Source of the DNA: Promethearchaeota archaeon
Lineage (GTDB): Archaea; Asgardarchaeota; Lokiarchaeia; Sigyniarchaeales; SOKP01
Length of the DNA stretch: 18,484 nt
Assembly: GCA_008080735.1 (NCBI GenBank)
Contig: SHMW01000085.1
Location: forward strand, 1-18,484
Reading direction: 5' to 3'
Below, piece by piece: positions 9,272 to 17,745 of this stretch. Under the pieces are notes generated by a model. That model did not search any database and was not told the DNA's origin. It saw nothing but the letters and a program-made list of their open reading frames with translations. The position numbers and the translations under genes were made by a program. Every line of letters starts with the position of its first letter. Within the stretch, counting starts at the first letter, position 1.

Positions 9272-9955
9272 TCAAATCTTATATTTTCCAAAAAAGTATT
9301 CCATAGCTTTTCTACGAACTTTTCTCAGATGTTTATTTACCGCTGATGCTGAAATATTAAAATTATCGCCAATTTGAGTAGCAGAAATGTGTTTTGGGGT
9401 TTCAAAGAATCCTTTTTCTGTGGCATATTGCGCAATTTCTCGCTGTTTTTTTGTAAATTCTGGAAATGGTATCGAATATTTCCCAATAATATCCTCAATC
9501 TTTTTCACGTCCTTTACATTACTTATTCCGAGAATATCATAACTTTCAGTGAACTTTGCAAGGGTTTCAAACAGATTGGCCACATAATCATCATGTGAGA
9601 TGAAATTAACCAATAAAACCTCTCGAGAAGCATAAATCGGAAAAATGAAAGCCCAAGGACCGGAATCTATGATGGGAAAAAATCCTGACGCTTTATTCTG
9701 ATACATGATACAGAGAATTTCATCTCTCTTGATATCTAATATTTGAATGTTTTTTGGATTGAATTTATTTTTAATTTCATTGGAAATATCTTTCATCGTA
9801 TCGGGCTTAAACCGTATCTTTTGTAGGGAGAAGAATTGGTTTTGATCGTACTGAAACGCTTTCAGAATCTCCACAGACCTTATTTCCTCAAACATCTCAG
9901 CGAATCCAACAAGTTTTAATAAATTTCCAGGGATCTGTAGTCGAATTACTTTCAT
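9272..9955 (-). CDS. Transcriptional regulator with C-terminal HTH_10 (bacterio-opsin activator-type) domain
   Basis: C-terminal FTKKQREIAQYATEKGFFETPKHISATQIGDNFNISASAVNKHLRK matches the HTH_10 pattern LT.RQ......A...GYF..PR......A....IS......HLR. Confidence 0.88.
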   Translation of the reverse strand: MKVIRLQIPGNLLKLVGFAEMFEEIRSVEILKAFQYDQNQFFSLQKIRFKPDTMKDISNEIKNKFNPKNIQILDIKRDEILCIMYQNKASGFFPIIDSGPWAFIFPIYASREVLLVNFISHDDYVANLFETLAKFTESYDILGISNVKDVKKIEDIIGKYSIPFPEFTKKQREIAQYATEKGFFETPKHISATQIGDNFNISASAVNKHLRKVRRKAMEYFFGKYKI

Positions 9956-10187
9956 CTATCTAAGCTGTTAGAAAATTATGATTGTGAATATAAAATTCAT
10001 CTATATTTAAATAATTCCCGCTCGCAACCCATTAAATAATTAGTATGTAATTATTTTATTCTAATAAGAACGAGGAATTCGAATATTAGAAACTCAAAGT
10101 TCCCGTAAGATTGGAATCCCTAAATGATTTTTATATCATTTAGTCAATATTCCGTCTAATAAAAGATTTAGGAATAATCATAAAAAA

Positions 10188-11141
10188 ATGAAGATATTAT
10201 TAACAGGAGCATTTGGAATTGTAGGAAGAGAAGTTTTAGACACATTAATTAGAAGAGGTTATGAAGTCAGAATATTTGAGATTAAAAATTTTAATAATTG
10301 GACGACCTCCTTGGGATATGTAAAAAATGCAGAGATCTTTTGGGGTGATATCAGAAAAGAAGAGGATGTAAAAAATGCCCTTAAAGATATTGGTATTGTA
10401 ATCCATCTTGCCGCTATTATTCCACCTTTAGCAGATAAAAATCCAGATCTAGCATATTCAGTAAATTTTGGTGGAACTATGAATCTAATTAATTCAATGG
10501 AAGATCAAACAACGAAGCCCAAATTGATCTACACCTCTTCCATAGCTATTTATGGTGATCGGAGAGATGATCCATATATTAAAAAAACAGATAAACCGAA
10601 TCCAAATTCAAATGATCATTATGCAAAACAAAAGTCACAATGCGAAATAGAAATCAAGAAATCAAATTTGGAATGGGCTATTTTTCGACTAACATATATT
10701 GTCTCTCCTAGGAAACTCAAAATGGATCCGATAATGTTTGAGATGCCTTTGGACACTTCTATTGAAGTCTGCACTGCAAAAGATACTGCCTTAGCATTGG
10801 TGAATGCGATTGAATGTGAAGAAATATGGGGAAATATTTATCATATAGCTGGTGGAAAGAAATGTCGCACATCCTATAAAGAATATTTAATCAGGATGTT
10901 TCAAATTTTTGGAATTGATTTTAAGAACTTTCCGGATGAGGCATTTGCTAAAAAAGATTTCCATTGCGGGTTTTTAGATACTGAGGAGAGCCAAAGACTC
11001 CTTCACTATCAAAAGCATACCTTAGAAGATTATTATCAAAATGTCGAGGAAGAAATCGGAATCCTATACTATTTTTACAAATTAACCAAAAACATTGCCC
11101 AAAAACATCTACTTCATCAATCCAAATATTTAGATGAATAA
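10188..11141 (+). CDS. Extended SDR, NAD(P)-dependent epimerase/dehydratase/oxidoreductase
   Basis: TGAFGIVG (TGxxGxxG), GDI, HLAA, VNFGGT, YTSS and catalytic YAKQK (YxxxK). Confidence 0.92.
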   Translation: MKILLTGAFGIVGREVLDTLIRRGYEVRIFEIKNFNNWTTSLGYVKNAEIFWGDIRKEEDVKNALKDIGIVIHLAAIIPPLADKNPDLAYSVNFGGTMNLINSMEDQTTKPKLIYTSSIAIYGDRRDDPYIKKTDKPNPNSNDHYAKQKSQCEIEIKKSNLEWAIFRLTYIVSPRKLKMDPIMFEMPLDTSIEVCTAKDTALALVNAIECEEIWGNIYHIAGGKKCRTSYKEYLIRMFQIFGIDFKNFPDEAFAKKDFHCGFLDTEESQRLLHYQKHTLEDYYQNVEEEIGILYYFYKLTKNIAQKHLLHQSKYLDE

Positions 11142-11288
11142 GGTGGAAATAAGCTTTTTCTTTTTGTTAAAATAAACTTAAGTTAAAAATTATGCTATTG
11201 AGTTAAATAAACATTAGATTTTTAATTCTGAATTTTTTTAATTACTAAAAAGAAAGTAAATCAAAAAAGTTACTTTTAGAAAATTCCA

Positions 11289-11897
11289 ATGCGTGATATA
11301 GTCGAACCCGAATTTGAAATCGATGAAAAAGGGAGAGTTCTCTGTAAAACACATTCTAATTTTGATTTTTTTTCACAACCTAAAGTAAATCGTTACCAGC
11401 AAAGAGAGTTGGAGAAACAACTGACATGTGAAACGTGTTCTCATTATTTTAATGATGATTGTTATTTTCCTCGATCTGAAATCAACTTGATTGAATACGA
11501 CAGAAAAAAGAGTAATGCCTTCAAGTGTAAATTGTGCGGGAATAAAATAGATAGAATGTTGACAGTCATCCATAAATTATATTATAAAGATAAATATAAT
11601 ATAGAGCTGCCTTTAATTTGCTGTACGTGCTATGAGACCCTAAAAGACGGAAAATTTTTGGAGAGTTCTAAATGGAGAAGCAATATGTTCTTATATAACG
11701 CGTTATATGCCATATATTCATTGATTTCAGTAATATTTTTCATATTAGTCTACCAAGTACGGATTTATTATTTACTGATTTTTCTTATTCCAATTATTTA
11801 CCTATTTTATCAAAACATAAAAAAGCGTAGGGAGATAAAAGAAGGTATGCAGTATTACGAGAAATATTTCATAGATTCAAAAAATAATTCTTTATGA
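11289..11897 (+). CDS. Cys/His-rich putative metal-binding protein with two C-terminal TM helices
   Basis: CxxH (19-22), CxxCxH-x5-C (47-58), CxxC (80-83) and CCxC (111-114); hydrophobic hairpin at about aa 133-174. Confidence 0.8.
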   Translation: MRDIVEPEFEIDEKGRVLCKTHSNFDFFSQPKVNRYQQRELEKQLTCETCSHYFNDDCYFPRSEINLIEYDRKKSNAFKCKLCGNKIDRMLTVIHKLYYKDKYNIELPLICCTCYETLKDGKFLESSKWRSNMFLYNALYAIYSLISVIFFILVYQVRIYYLLIFLIPIIYLFYQNIKKRREIKEGMQYYEKYFIDSKNNSL

Positions 11898-11899
11898 TG

Positions 11900-13006
11900 T
11901 TAACCTAATCTTCCTGCCCATCCTCTCACTTTTTTTCGCATTTTTTCTTGCTCTTGAATAATCTTTTGTAATTCTTGTGAAGTTTTGTTCGACAAATTCA
12001 TCAGTTTGGGAACAAAATCATAGTAGATGAAATGATTCTTACATATTTTTGAAACAAGGTCCTCTGGAATTTTTTTTGGATTATCTGCAAATTGAATATG
12101 CTCTTCCTCCCACTTTTCGAAGAAATCAGCCAGATGATCATAATGTTCGAATAAGGGTAAGATCCCTAACCCATTAGGTGTCGTTACAGCCGAGTTTGCA
12201 TATTTTAGGGAAAATCGATTCCCGTTAAATGAAACGGCGATACCTCCCTCTTTATCAAGTCTTTCCAGCATGTTAATATCCGTAATAGAATCTCCTATAG
12301 CGATCATCTCAGAAATAGGTTTTTTAGTTCTATCCGCAATATCTTCAACTGCTCGTTCCTTTCTTTTCCCCCCCCTAACTTTTACTTTATTCATTATCTT
12401 AATATAATCACTATTTTCTCCCTTCCAAAAAAAACTATTTAGATCATTTATAATTGTATTTAGATTTTTATCATTATCAAGATATTTCTGAAATATTGTT
12501 TTCACTAAAAGATCTACATCATCTTCGATATTAGAGCTGTTCTTTTTCAATTCAGAGAGATTTAAATCTGTACAATAGACATGATCTTGTGATATATTAA
12601 TCATTTTCGCCACTTGATGTGCGAATTGAGAATAACTCGTAGAGATTATAAAAATTTCCCATTCTTTTTGTATAAGTGCCATTAGTTCTTGTATGCCGGG
12701 CAAAATTCCCAAGTTATTTTTTGCGAGGGCTTTCAATTCCTTATCGGTAAAACACGCTACAAACATCGGCGCCATAATACGCAATGTGTCCCCCGGTTGA
12801 TATTCGGGAATATCCAGCTGCTTTTTCACACCTGGGGTATCAATTAAATAATCATCATATTGAGAAATCATAAAAAAAAACTCACCCATATCATATTTTT
12901 GCAACCCCAGTTCTCTCTTCGATCCCAACAATTTACCCATTTCTGCGGCGAAATCAACGACAGAAATAGGCCCTTCAAGATCCCAGCAACAGACTTTCAT
13001 TTTCAA
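11900..13006 (-). CDS. HAD-superfamily protein, EhaR-like (energy-converting hydrogenase A subunit R family)
   Basis: Motif I WDLEGPIS, YQPGDTL, motif II ISTSY, GGKRK, motif IV GDSITD, SFNGN and C-terminal MRKKVRG..G.LG. Confidence 0.8.
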   Translation of the reverse strand: MKMKVCCWDLEGPISVVDFAAEMGKLLGSKRELGLQKYDMGEFFFMISQYDDYLIDTPGVKKQLDIPEYQPGDTLRIMAPMFVACFTDKELKALAKNNLGILPGIQELMALIQKEWEIFIISTSYSQFAHQVAKMINISQDHVYCTDLNLSELKKNSSNIEDDVDLLVKTIFQKYLDNDKNLNTIINDLNSFFWKGENSDYIKIMNKVKVRGGKRKERAVEDIADRTKKPISEMIAIGDSITDINMLERLDKEGGIAVSFNGNRFSLKYANSAVTTPNGLGILPLFEHYDHLADFFEKWEEEHIQFADNPKKIPEDLVSKICKNHFIYYDFVPKLMNLSNKTSQELQKIIQEQEKMRKKVRGWAGRLG

Positions 13007-13147
13007 ATTTAAATAAGTTTAGAAGTTTAAGATATAAATATTTCCAAGAATGGGATCTTTTTAAATTTTTTATTAGATATTTGATATTCAATTTGGATAA
13101 AAATAATTTCACTTTTTTCTAAAAAAAATCTTTATAATTAGTAGATC

Positions 13148-13453
13148 TTAGTCGATAAGTGCCACAATTCCACCTACAAGGACTAAAATACCTCCTAAGA
13201 AGCTTGCGAGGATAATCATTAATATACCCATAATAATCATAAGAAGACCTTGGGGGGGAAGAGAAACTACTAATGCTATCACAGAAATTATCAATGCTAC
13301 AATGATCCCGATTGAAACTTCCAATGTGAGGAAATCAAGTTCAATTGGACCTGAGATCCTACCTTGTCCAGCTAGATCTAAAACTGCGTCCACTATCCCT
13401 ATAACGGCACCTATTATTCCTAATATTTTAGCTACATCTTCATTTGATGTCAT
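13148..13453 (-). CDS. Small integral membrane protein (about 101 aa, 3-4 TM)
   Basis: Gly/Ile/Leu-rich hydrophobic ORF. The start is more plausibly MTSNED at 13453 than the track's 13540, because the upstream extension looks like AT-rich intergenic sequence. Confidence 0.75.
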   Translation of the reverse strand: MTSNEDVAKILGIIGAVIGIVDAVLDLAGQGRISGPIELDFLTLEVSIGIIVALIISVIALVVSLPPQGLLMIIMGILMIILASFLGGILVLVGGIVALID

Positions 13454-13671
13454 ATTATAACTAAAGTATTTCTCTTTGATAGATATCATATTAGATCTAT
13501 TTACGTAAAAAATTTGGACATAAAGAAACTTCCTCTTCATTCAGATAAAAAATTATTCTTTGAAAATGAAAATAGAAAAGGTTTTACTAAATTTAATTAG
13601 ATTATTCAAGTAATAGAGAACAAAATTAGACTCAAAGATTTACATATCTATAGGAATCAATGAATTTTTCT

Positions 13672-14157
13672 TTATAATTTTCCGAAAATCTCTTCTAAAC
13701 TTTTCTTCTTCTGTTCTTTTTCTAGAATTTTCCTCCAATTCGGCTCTATAGTATCGAAAGCTTGCTTGGTTAATTCCCTAATTTCTCCGTCTTCAGATGT
13801 CAAAAATTGTCCAATATATGCAAGAGCACGTTTATCTTTAATTCCTATTAAACTCTCGATTATAGCAATAATTCTATACTTATTTGGATGATCTTTTCCT
13901 TGTTCTAACATCAATTTTTCAAGAATTGCTCTTGTTGCTTTTGGGTTGCCGATTCTACCAAGAGCCTCTATCAGACGATTTATAACATTGAATTCCTCTT
14001 CCTTTTTCAGTGCCTTCACCATTAGATTTACGGCACGACCATCTTGCATGAATCCTAAAGTCCTGACAGCTTCAGCACGTTCTTTCCATTCCTCAGCATG
14101 AAACATATCCTTGATAAGTTCATTAAAATCGGCATCTCTTGATTTTTCTTCTGTCAT
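13672..14157 (-). CDS. HEAT-repeat (PBS lyase-like) protein
   Basis: Repeated units such as RAEAVRTLGFMQDGRAVNLM, IEALGRIGNPKATRAI and IESLIGIKDKRALAYI. Confidence 0.88.
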   Translation of the reverse strand: MTEEKSRDADFNELIKDMFHAEEWKERAEAVRTLGFMQDGRAVNLMVKALKKEEEFNVINRLIEALGRIGNPKATRAILEKLMLEQGKDHPNKYRIIAIIESLIGIKDKRALAYIGQFLTSEDGEIRELTKQAFDTIEPNWRKILEKEQKKKSLEEIFGKL

Positions 14158-14329
14158 TTCTTGGTTTCAAAATATTTTTGATTTTATTATAATTTGATGT
14201 TTATTTATTATAAAAAGCCTTCAGTACTAACTAATCTATAACTAGTAAATATTATAGATGAGGTCAAAAATTTTTACCACGAGTGTGCGAGAGCACCGTC
14301 CTTTAGGGCAGTAATGAATTGTATATAGG

Positions 14330-14337
14330 TTTAAATA
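14330..14337 (+). promoter_or_regulatory. TATA-box-like element inside the mini-IS (probable former tnpB promoter)
   Basis: TTTAAATA located 27 nt upstream of ATG 14365, a spacing consistent with an archaeal leaderless or near-leaderless transcript. Confidence 0.55.
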
Positions 14338-14384
14338 CTTGTATCCACATATTATTATTGAGAAATGATAACCAAGTTTCTCTA

Positions 14385-14486
14385 ACCGTAGGGAATACGG
14401 GGTTCGCGTTTGGAGAGGATGGAAGACTAATAGTAGGTCAGCAATCCCCGATGAATTACGAATCTCACGCCTTTAGGCGAGAGTAG
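14385..14486 (+). pseudogene. tnpB: Relic of the tnpB 3' end (C-terminal tail)
   Basis: Translates as TVGNTGFAFGEDGRLIVGQQSPMNYESHAFRRE*, matching the characteristic TnpB tail pattern TVGxTG...G......MxxESxAFRRx that overlaps the right end. No RuvC or zinc-finger sequence remains. Confidence 0.75.
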
Positions 14487-14510
14487 TTCACTTTATACAT
14501 AAATGGATAA
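14385..14510 (+). ncRNA. Candidate TnpB omega-RNA/reRNA (scaffold to about 14491 plus flank-derived guide)
   Basis: Hairpin CCGTA-GGGAA-TACGG (14386-14400), imperfect GGATGG/CAATCC stem with an inner GAC/GTC, then the right-end hairpin. The location matches known TnpB guide RNAs. Expression and boundaries are not shown by the sequence. Confidence 0.55.
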
Positions 14511-14704
14511 AGAGATAATATAAAATAAAATGATAGTACTATCCAAGGTAATAAAATAAAAAAGAGCTTTCAATCTCACGAAAATCCATCCTTGTAGAAC
14601 AAACCCCCCTTGAAAAATTAGTATTTTGAATCATTTTATCTAGAGATTTATTAACAAACTGCGTATATCAGAGTAGAGGTTATAATTTAGAAATAAAAAG
14701 AAGA

Positions 14705-16027
14705 TTATTTAGATAATATGGATTCCATGTGATCAATCCGTTTTTTGAGTAGTGATTGGGTACCCACGTCCTTTCTATGGAACAGATTTCCATGAATACA
14801 TCCGACACCTTTTTCTGCGATCTCTTCAGCCTTCTTAAGAGAGTCAGCAACACCCAATACACCCATAGCCCGGGAGGTAGTTGTATATACTTGTCCATCC
14901 TTTTTATAAACTGAGGCATAGTAATATCTGGCTCCGATATCCTTGAGTTTTTTAGTATCAATTTCTACTAATTGATCTTTCTTTGGAGATTTAGGATATC
15001 CTTCAGGTGCTAAATACTTACATACCGTCGCTTTTTTCTGGAATTCAATACTACTTGCTAAATTTTCATTAATAATTCCTTTACAAATATCGACAAAATT
15101 GGTTTTCAAAATAGGTAAGATATTCATCGCTTCAGGATCTCCGAGTCTTGCATTGAATTCTATGAGCTTGATACCATTCTTAGTTTTCATAAATTGACCA
15201 TAGAGGAATCCTTTATATTTCACACCGGTCTCAGCTTTAATTGCGGCGACGATGTTTTTCATATCTTCTAACGCATCCTCCACATCTTCTTGAGTAATAA
15301 ATGGCATAAGATGGTTTGCCATTGAATAGGAACCCATCCCACCCGTGTTAGGGCCCTTATCTCCTTCATAGGCTCTTTTATGGTCTTGAACCAAGGGGGT
15401 ACTTACCACATTTTCCCCGTCAACAAAGGTTTGAAGGGTAAATTCCTCACCCTCAATTTTCTCTTCCAGAATGAATTGTCGTTTTTGATCTATCAATTCT
15501 GTACAATAATTCACCATATCTTCTTTACTAAAAAGATGGTCTCCAAATACTTTCACACCTTTACCACCTGTTAGGCCATCTGGCTTAACAACAAGATTAA
15601 CCTCACCCATTTTATCTATATATTCCTCCACACCTTCCATACTTTTAAAACTTTTACTCTTCACGTTTGATTTAATTTTAAATTTTTCCATAAGGTTTCT
15701 CATAAAGATTTTTGAGCCCTCTATTTGAGCTGCCTCTATTTTAGGTCCCACGCAAGGAAATCCACTGCTTTCTATAGCATCAACAATTCCCACGCATAAT
15801 GGTTTCTCGGGACCAATTACTACAAAATCAATATTCTTTTCCTTACAAAAACTAATAATTGCTTTAAAATCCGTCTCAGAATGGATTCTTATACGATTTT
15901 TACTTAATTCATCTAATCCCGCATTTTTAAAACTCATAAAGGCATATAATTCTGCTCCACCGCGTACGAGGGCCTCACCAATGGCATGCTCACGAGCCCC
16001 ATGTCCTACAATTAAAATATTCGTCAT
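14705..16027 (-). CDS. purD: Phosphoribosylamine--glycine ligase (GAR synthetase)
   Basis: GHGAREHAI, VVIGPE, IEGSK, VVKPDGLTGGKGV, QDHKRAYEGDKGPNTGGMGSYS, EFNARLGDPE and PEGYP. Confidence 0.98.
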   Translation of the reverse strand: MTNILIVGHGAREHAIGEALVRGGAELYAFMSFKNAGLDELSKNRIRIHSETDFKAIISFCKEKNIDFVVIGPEKPLCVGIVDAIESSGFPCVGPKIEAAQIEGSKIFMRNLMEKFKIKSNVKSKSFKSMEGVEEYIDKMGEVNLVVKPDGLTGGKGVKVFGDHLFSKEDMVNYCTELIDQKRQFILEEKIEGEEFTLQTFVDGENVVSTPLVQDHKRAYEGDKGPNTGGMGSYSMANHLMPFITQEDVEDALEDMKNIVAAIKAETGVKYKGFLYGQFMKTKNGIKLIEFNARLGDPEAMNILPILKTNFVDICKGIINENLASSIEFQKKATVCKYLAPEGYPKSPKKDQLVEIDTKKLKDIGARYYYASVYKKDGQVYTTTSRAMGVLGVADSLKKAEEIAEKGVGCIHGNLFHRKDVGTQSLLKKRIDHMESILSK

Positions 16028-16278
16028 TTTTCATCAGATTTAACGATACTATTTAATTATTACATTAAATGGTATTTGCAATAATAAAATATATGTTAAT
16101 AATCTTAAAATAAGGAGATATAACTTCGAGAATTTTCAATTTTATGCTAAATTAGACTTATTAAAAAAATTCTTTATAAGATTTATCCAAATCGATTAAA
16201 TAACCCAGATGCTTATTTTAATATGAATCGTGAATTATGAAATAAACGTAATTAAATCAAATCTTAATTACCATTCAA

Positions 16279-17667
16279 ATGGTGTTTAGATTGTTACTGA
16301 AAGAAATCATAAATAAATGGACTATTCCCCGATCTTTTGAGGAAGAAGGAAAAATATCTAGAGAGGGAATTTTAAAGCTTATTGAAGCGGCACGTTGGGC
16401 TCCATCGGCAGAAAATCAACAAGTCTGGAGATTTCTAGTGGTTGAAAATAAGGAGAAAAAGGGTTTGATAACTGAAGCGATAAAGAGACAAGACCCTCGG
16501 CTTAAATCTACAAAACATGAGATTGAAAAACCTGTGTTAGATGCAAAATTCGTTTTCAATACAAATAACTTTAATGCATTAAAGGATAAGTACAAGGATC
16601 TTATACAAAATTCCCATAAAAATGATATTAACTGTTCCAAGGAAGCAGCTATACTAATTATTTTTACTCACTCACAAAAGTTTTTGGGAAATACGTTCGG
16701 ATCAACCGATATTGGAGCCGCTATGTCTAATGTAAATATTGAAGCCTACAATCTAGGATATAATTGTCGATGGATTAGAAATTTCGATAGGGAATTTCTT
16801 CAAGAACAATTTAGCATTTCCGATAAGTATAGTATTGATTCCATATTTGCTATAGGCAAAGAAAAGCTAATTCAAGACCATTCTGAAGTTGAGAAAAAAG
16901 ATTTCAAAAACTTTTTCTTTATTAATCAATGGGAAAAATGCCCAGATTTTTCAAAATTTCAAGAAGAGGAATCTTTTAAAGAATATGATGTGAGTGCAAT
17001 AGATGCGATTCTTGACAGGAGATCGGTCAGAGATTTTCAAGAAGACAAAAAAATACCGTTATATCATCAACACGAATTAATGAATGCCGCAATGATGGTG
17101 CCGCTTACCGTGAATGAACCGTATATCAAAATATTATTAATTGACGATAGGGATATAATTGGTCAAATTGCTGAGAATTCCAAAATCGTGATCAGGCGAC
17201 AAAAACATGTCCAGCAAGTGCCACTTATAATAATACCGACTTATGATTGTACCAATAATTCTCCCGCATTTTATGCCGAAGAGGATACAGGCGCAATTAT
17301 TCAGAATATATTATTAAGAGCTCATAGTTTTGGTATCGGATCGTGCTGGATTGGAGCCTTTAATCGCGATGCGGTAAAAGAAATAATAAATATTCCTGAA
17401 CAATGGCATATTCCAACACTTGCTATCTTCGGATATCCAAATGAATATCCTCCTGCACCACCAAGAAAAGATTTGGGGAAAATATGTTTTTATGATGATT
17501 GGAAAAGTCGCATTAAAGAGCGAGAACGCACATTTATGCCATCCTCACATTTTTTAAGTATATTATTTCGAAGGATGAAAAATGGAGAGAATAAATCAAT
17601 TTTACGGGAAAGGAGAGTAGGAGAAATAGAAGAAATCTCCGAATTCAAAGAATTTTTGAAAGAATAA
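16279..17667 (+). CDS. Nitroreductase-family flavoprotein with two fused nitroreductase domains
   Basis: Domain 1: AARWAPSAENQQVWRF and DIGAAMSN...LGYNCRW. Domain 2: ILDRRSVRDF, DTGAIIQNILLRAHSFGIGSCWIGAF and GYP....PPRK. Confidence 0.92.
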   Translation: MVFRLLLKEIINKWTIPRSFEEEGKISREGILKLIEAARWAPSAENQQVWRFLVVENKEKKGLITEAIKRQDPRLKSTKHEIEKPVLDAKFVFNTNNFNALKDKYKDLIQNSHKNDINCSKEAAILIIFTHSQKFLGNTFGSTDIGAAMSNVNIEAYNLGYNCRWIRNFDREFLQEQFSISDKYSIDSIFAIGKEKLIQDHSEVEKKDFKNFFFINQWEKCPDFSKFQEEESFKEYDVSAIDAILDRRSVRDFQEDKKIPLYHQHELMNAAMMVPLTVNEPYIKILLIDDRDIIGQIAENSKIVIRRQKHVQQVPLIIIPTYDCTNNSPAFYAEEDTGAIIQNILLRAHSFGIGSCWIGAFNRDAVKEIINIPEQWHIPTLAIFGYPNEYPPAPPRKDLGKICFYDDWKSRIKERERTFMPSSHFLSILFRRMKNGENKSILRERRVGEIEEISEFKEFLKE

Positions 17668-17745
17668 TTTCATTTCATTCGTGTTTCCCTTTTCTATAAA
17701 AATTCTATATTAATAAAAAAAATAAGTATAATTTTTTTCGTAAAT

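Larger units (their letters stand above)
14278..14491 (+). mobile_element. Non-autonomous miniature IS200/IS605-family element (internally deleted tnpB element, PATE-like)
   Basis: TTAC at 14274-14277; left hairpin CACCGTCC-TTTA-GGGCAGTA (14294-14313); right hairpin CTCACGCC-TTTA-GGCGAGAG (14464-14483), preceded by GAAT and followed by TAGTTCAC; a relic TnpB C-terminal reading frame inside. GC-richer than the flanks. Confidence 0.85.

Noticed and set aside
14234-14259. 8-bp inverted repeat ATCTATAA-N10-TTATAGAT upstream of the HEAT gene
   Set aside because: Could be an operator, but AT-rich repeats of this length arise readily by chance at this base composition.
14532-14580. 12-bp palindrome GATAGTACTATC (14532-14543) and a second AATCTCACG (14572-14580) matching 14461-14469
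   Set aside because: Short isolated matches. There is no second hairpin or array, and IS200/IS605 elements do not make target duplications.
14539-14634. 31-codon minus-strand ORF (MIQNTNFSRGVCST...) downstream of purD
   Set aside because: Too short and has no recognisable similarity.
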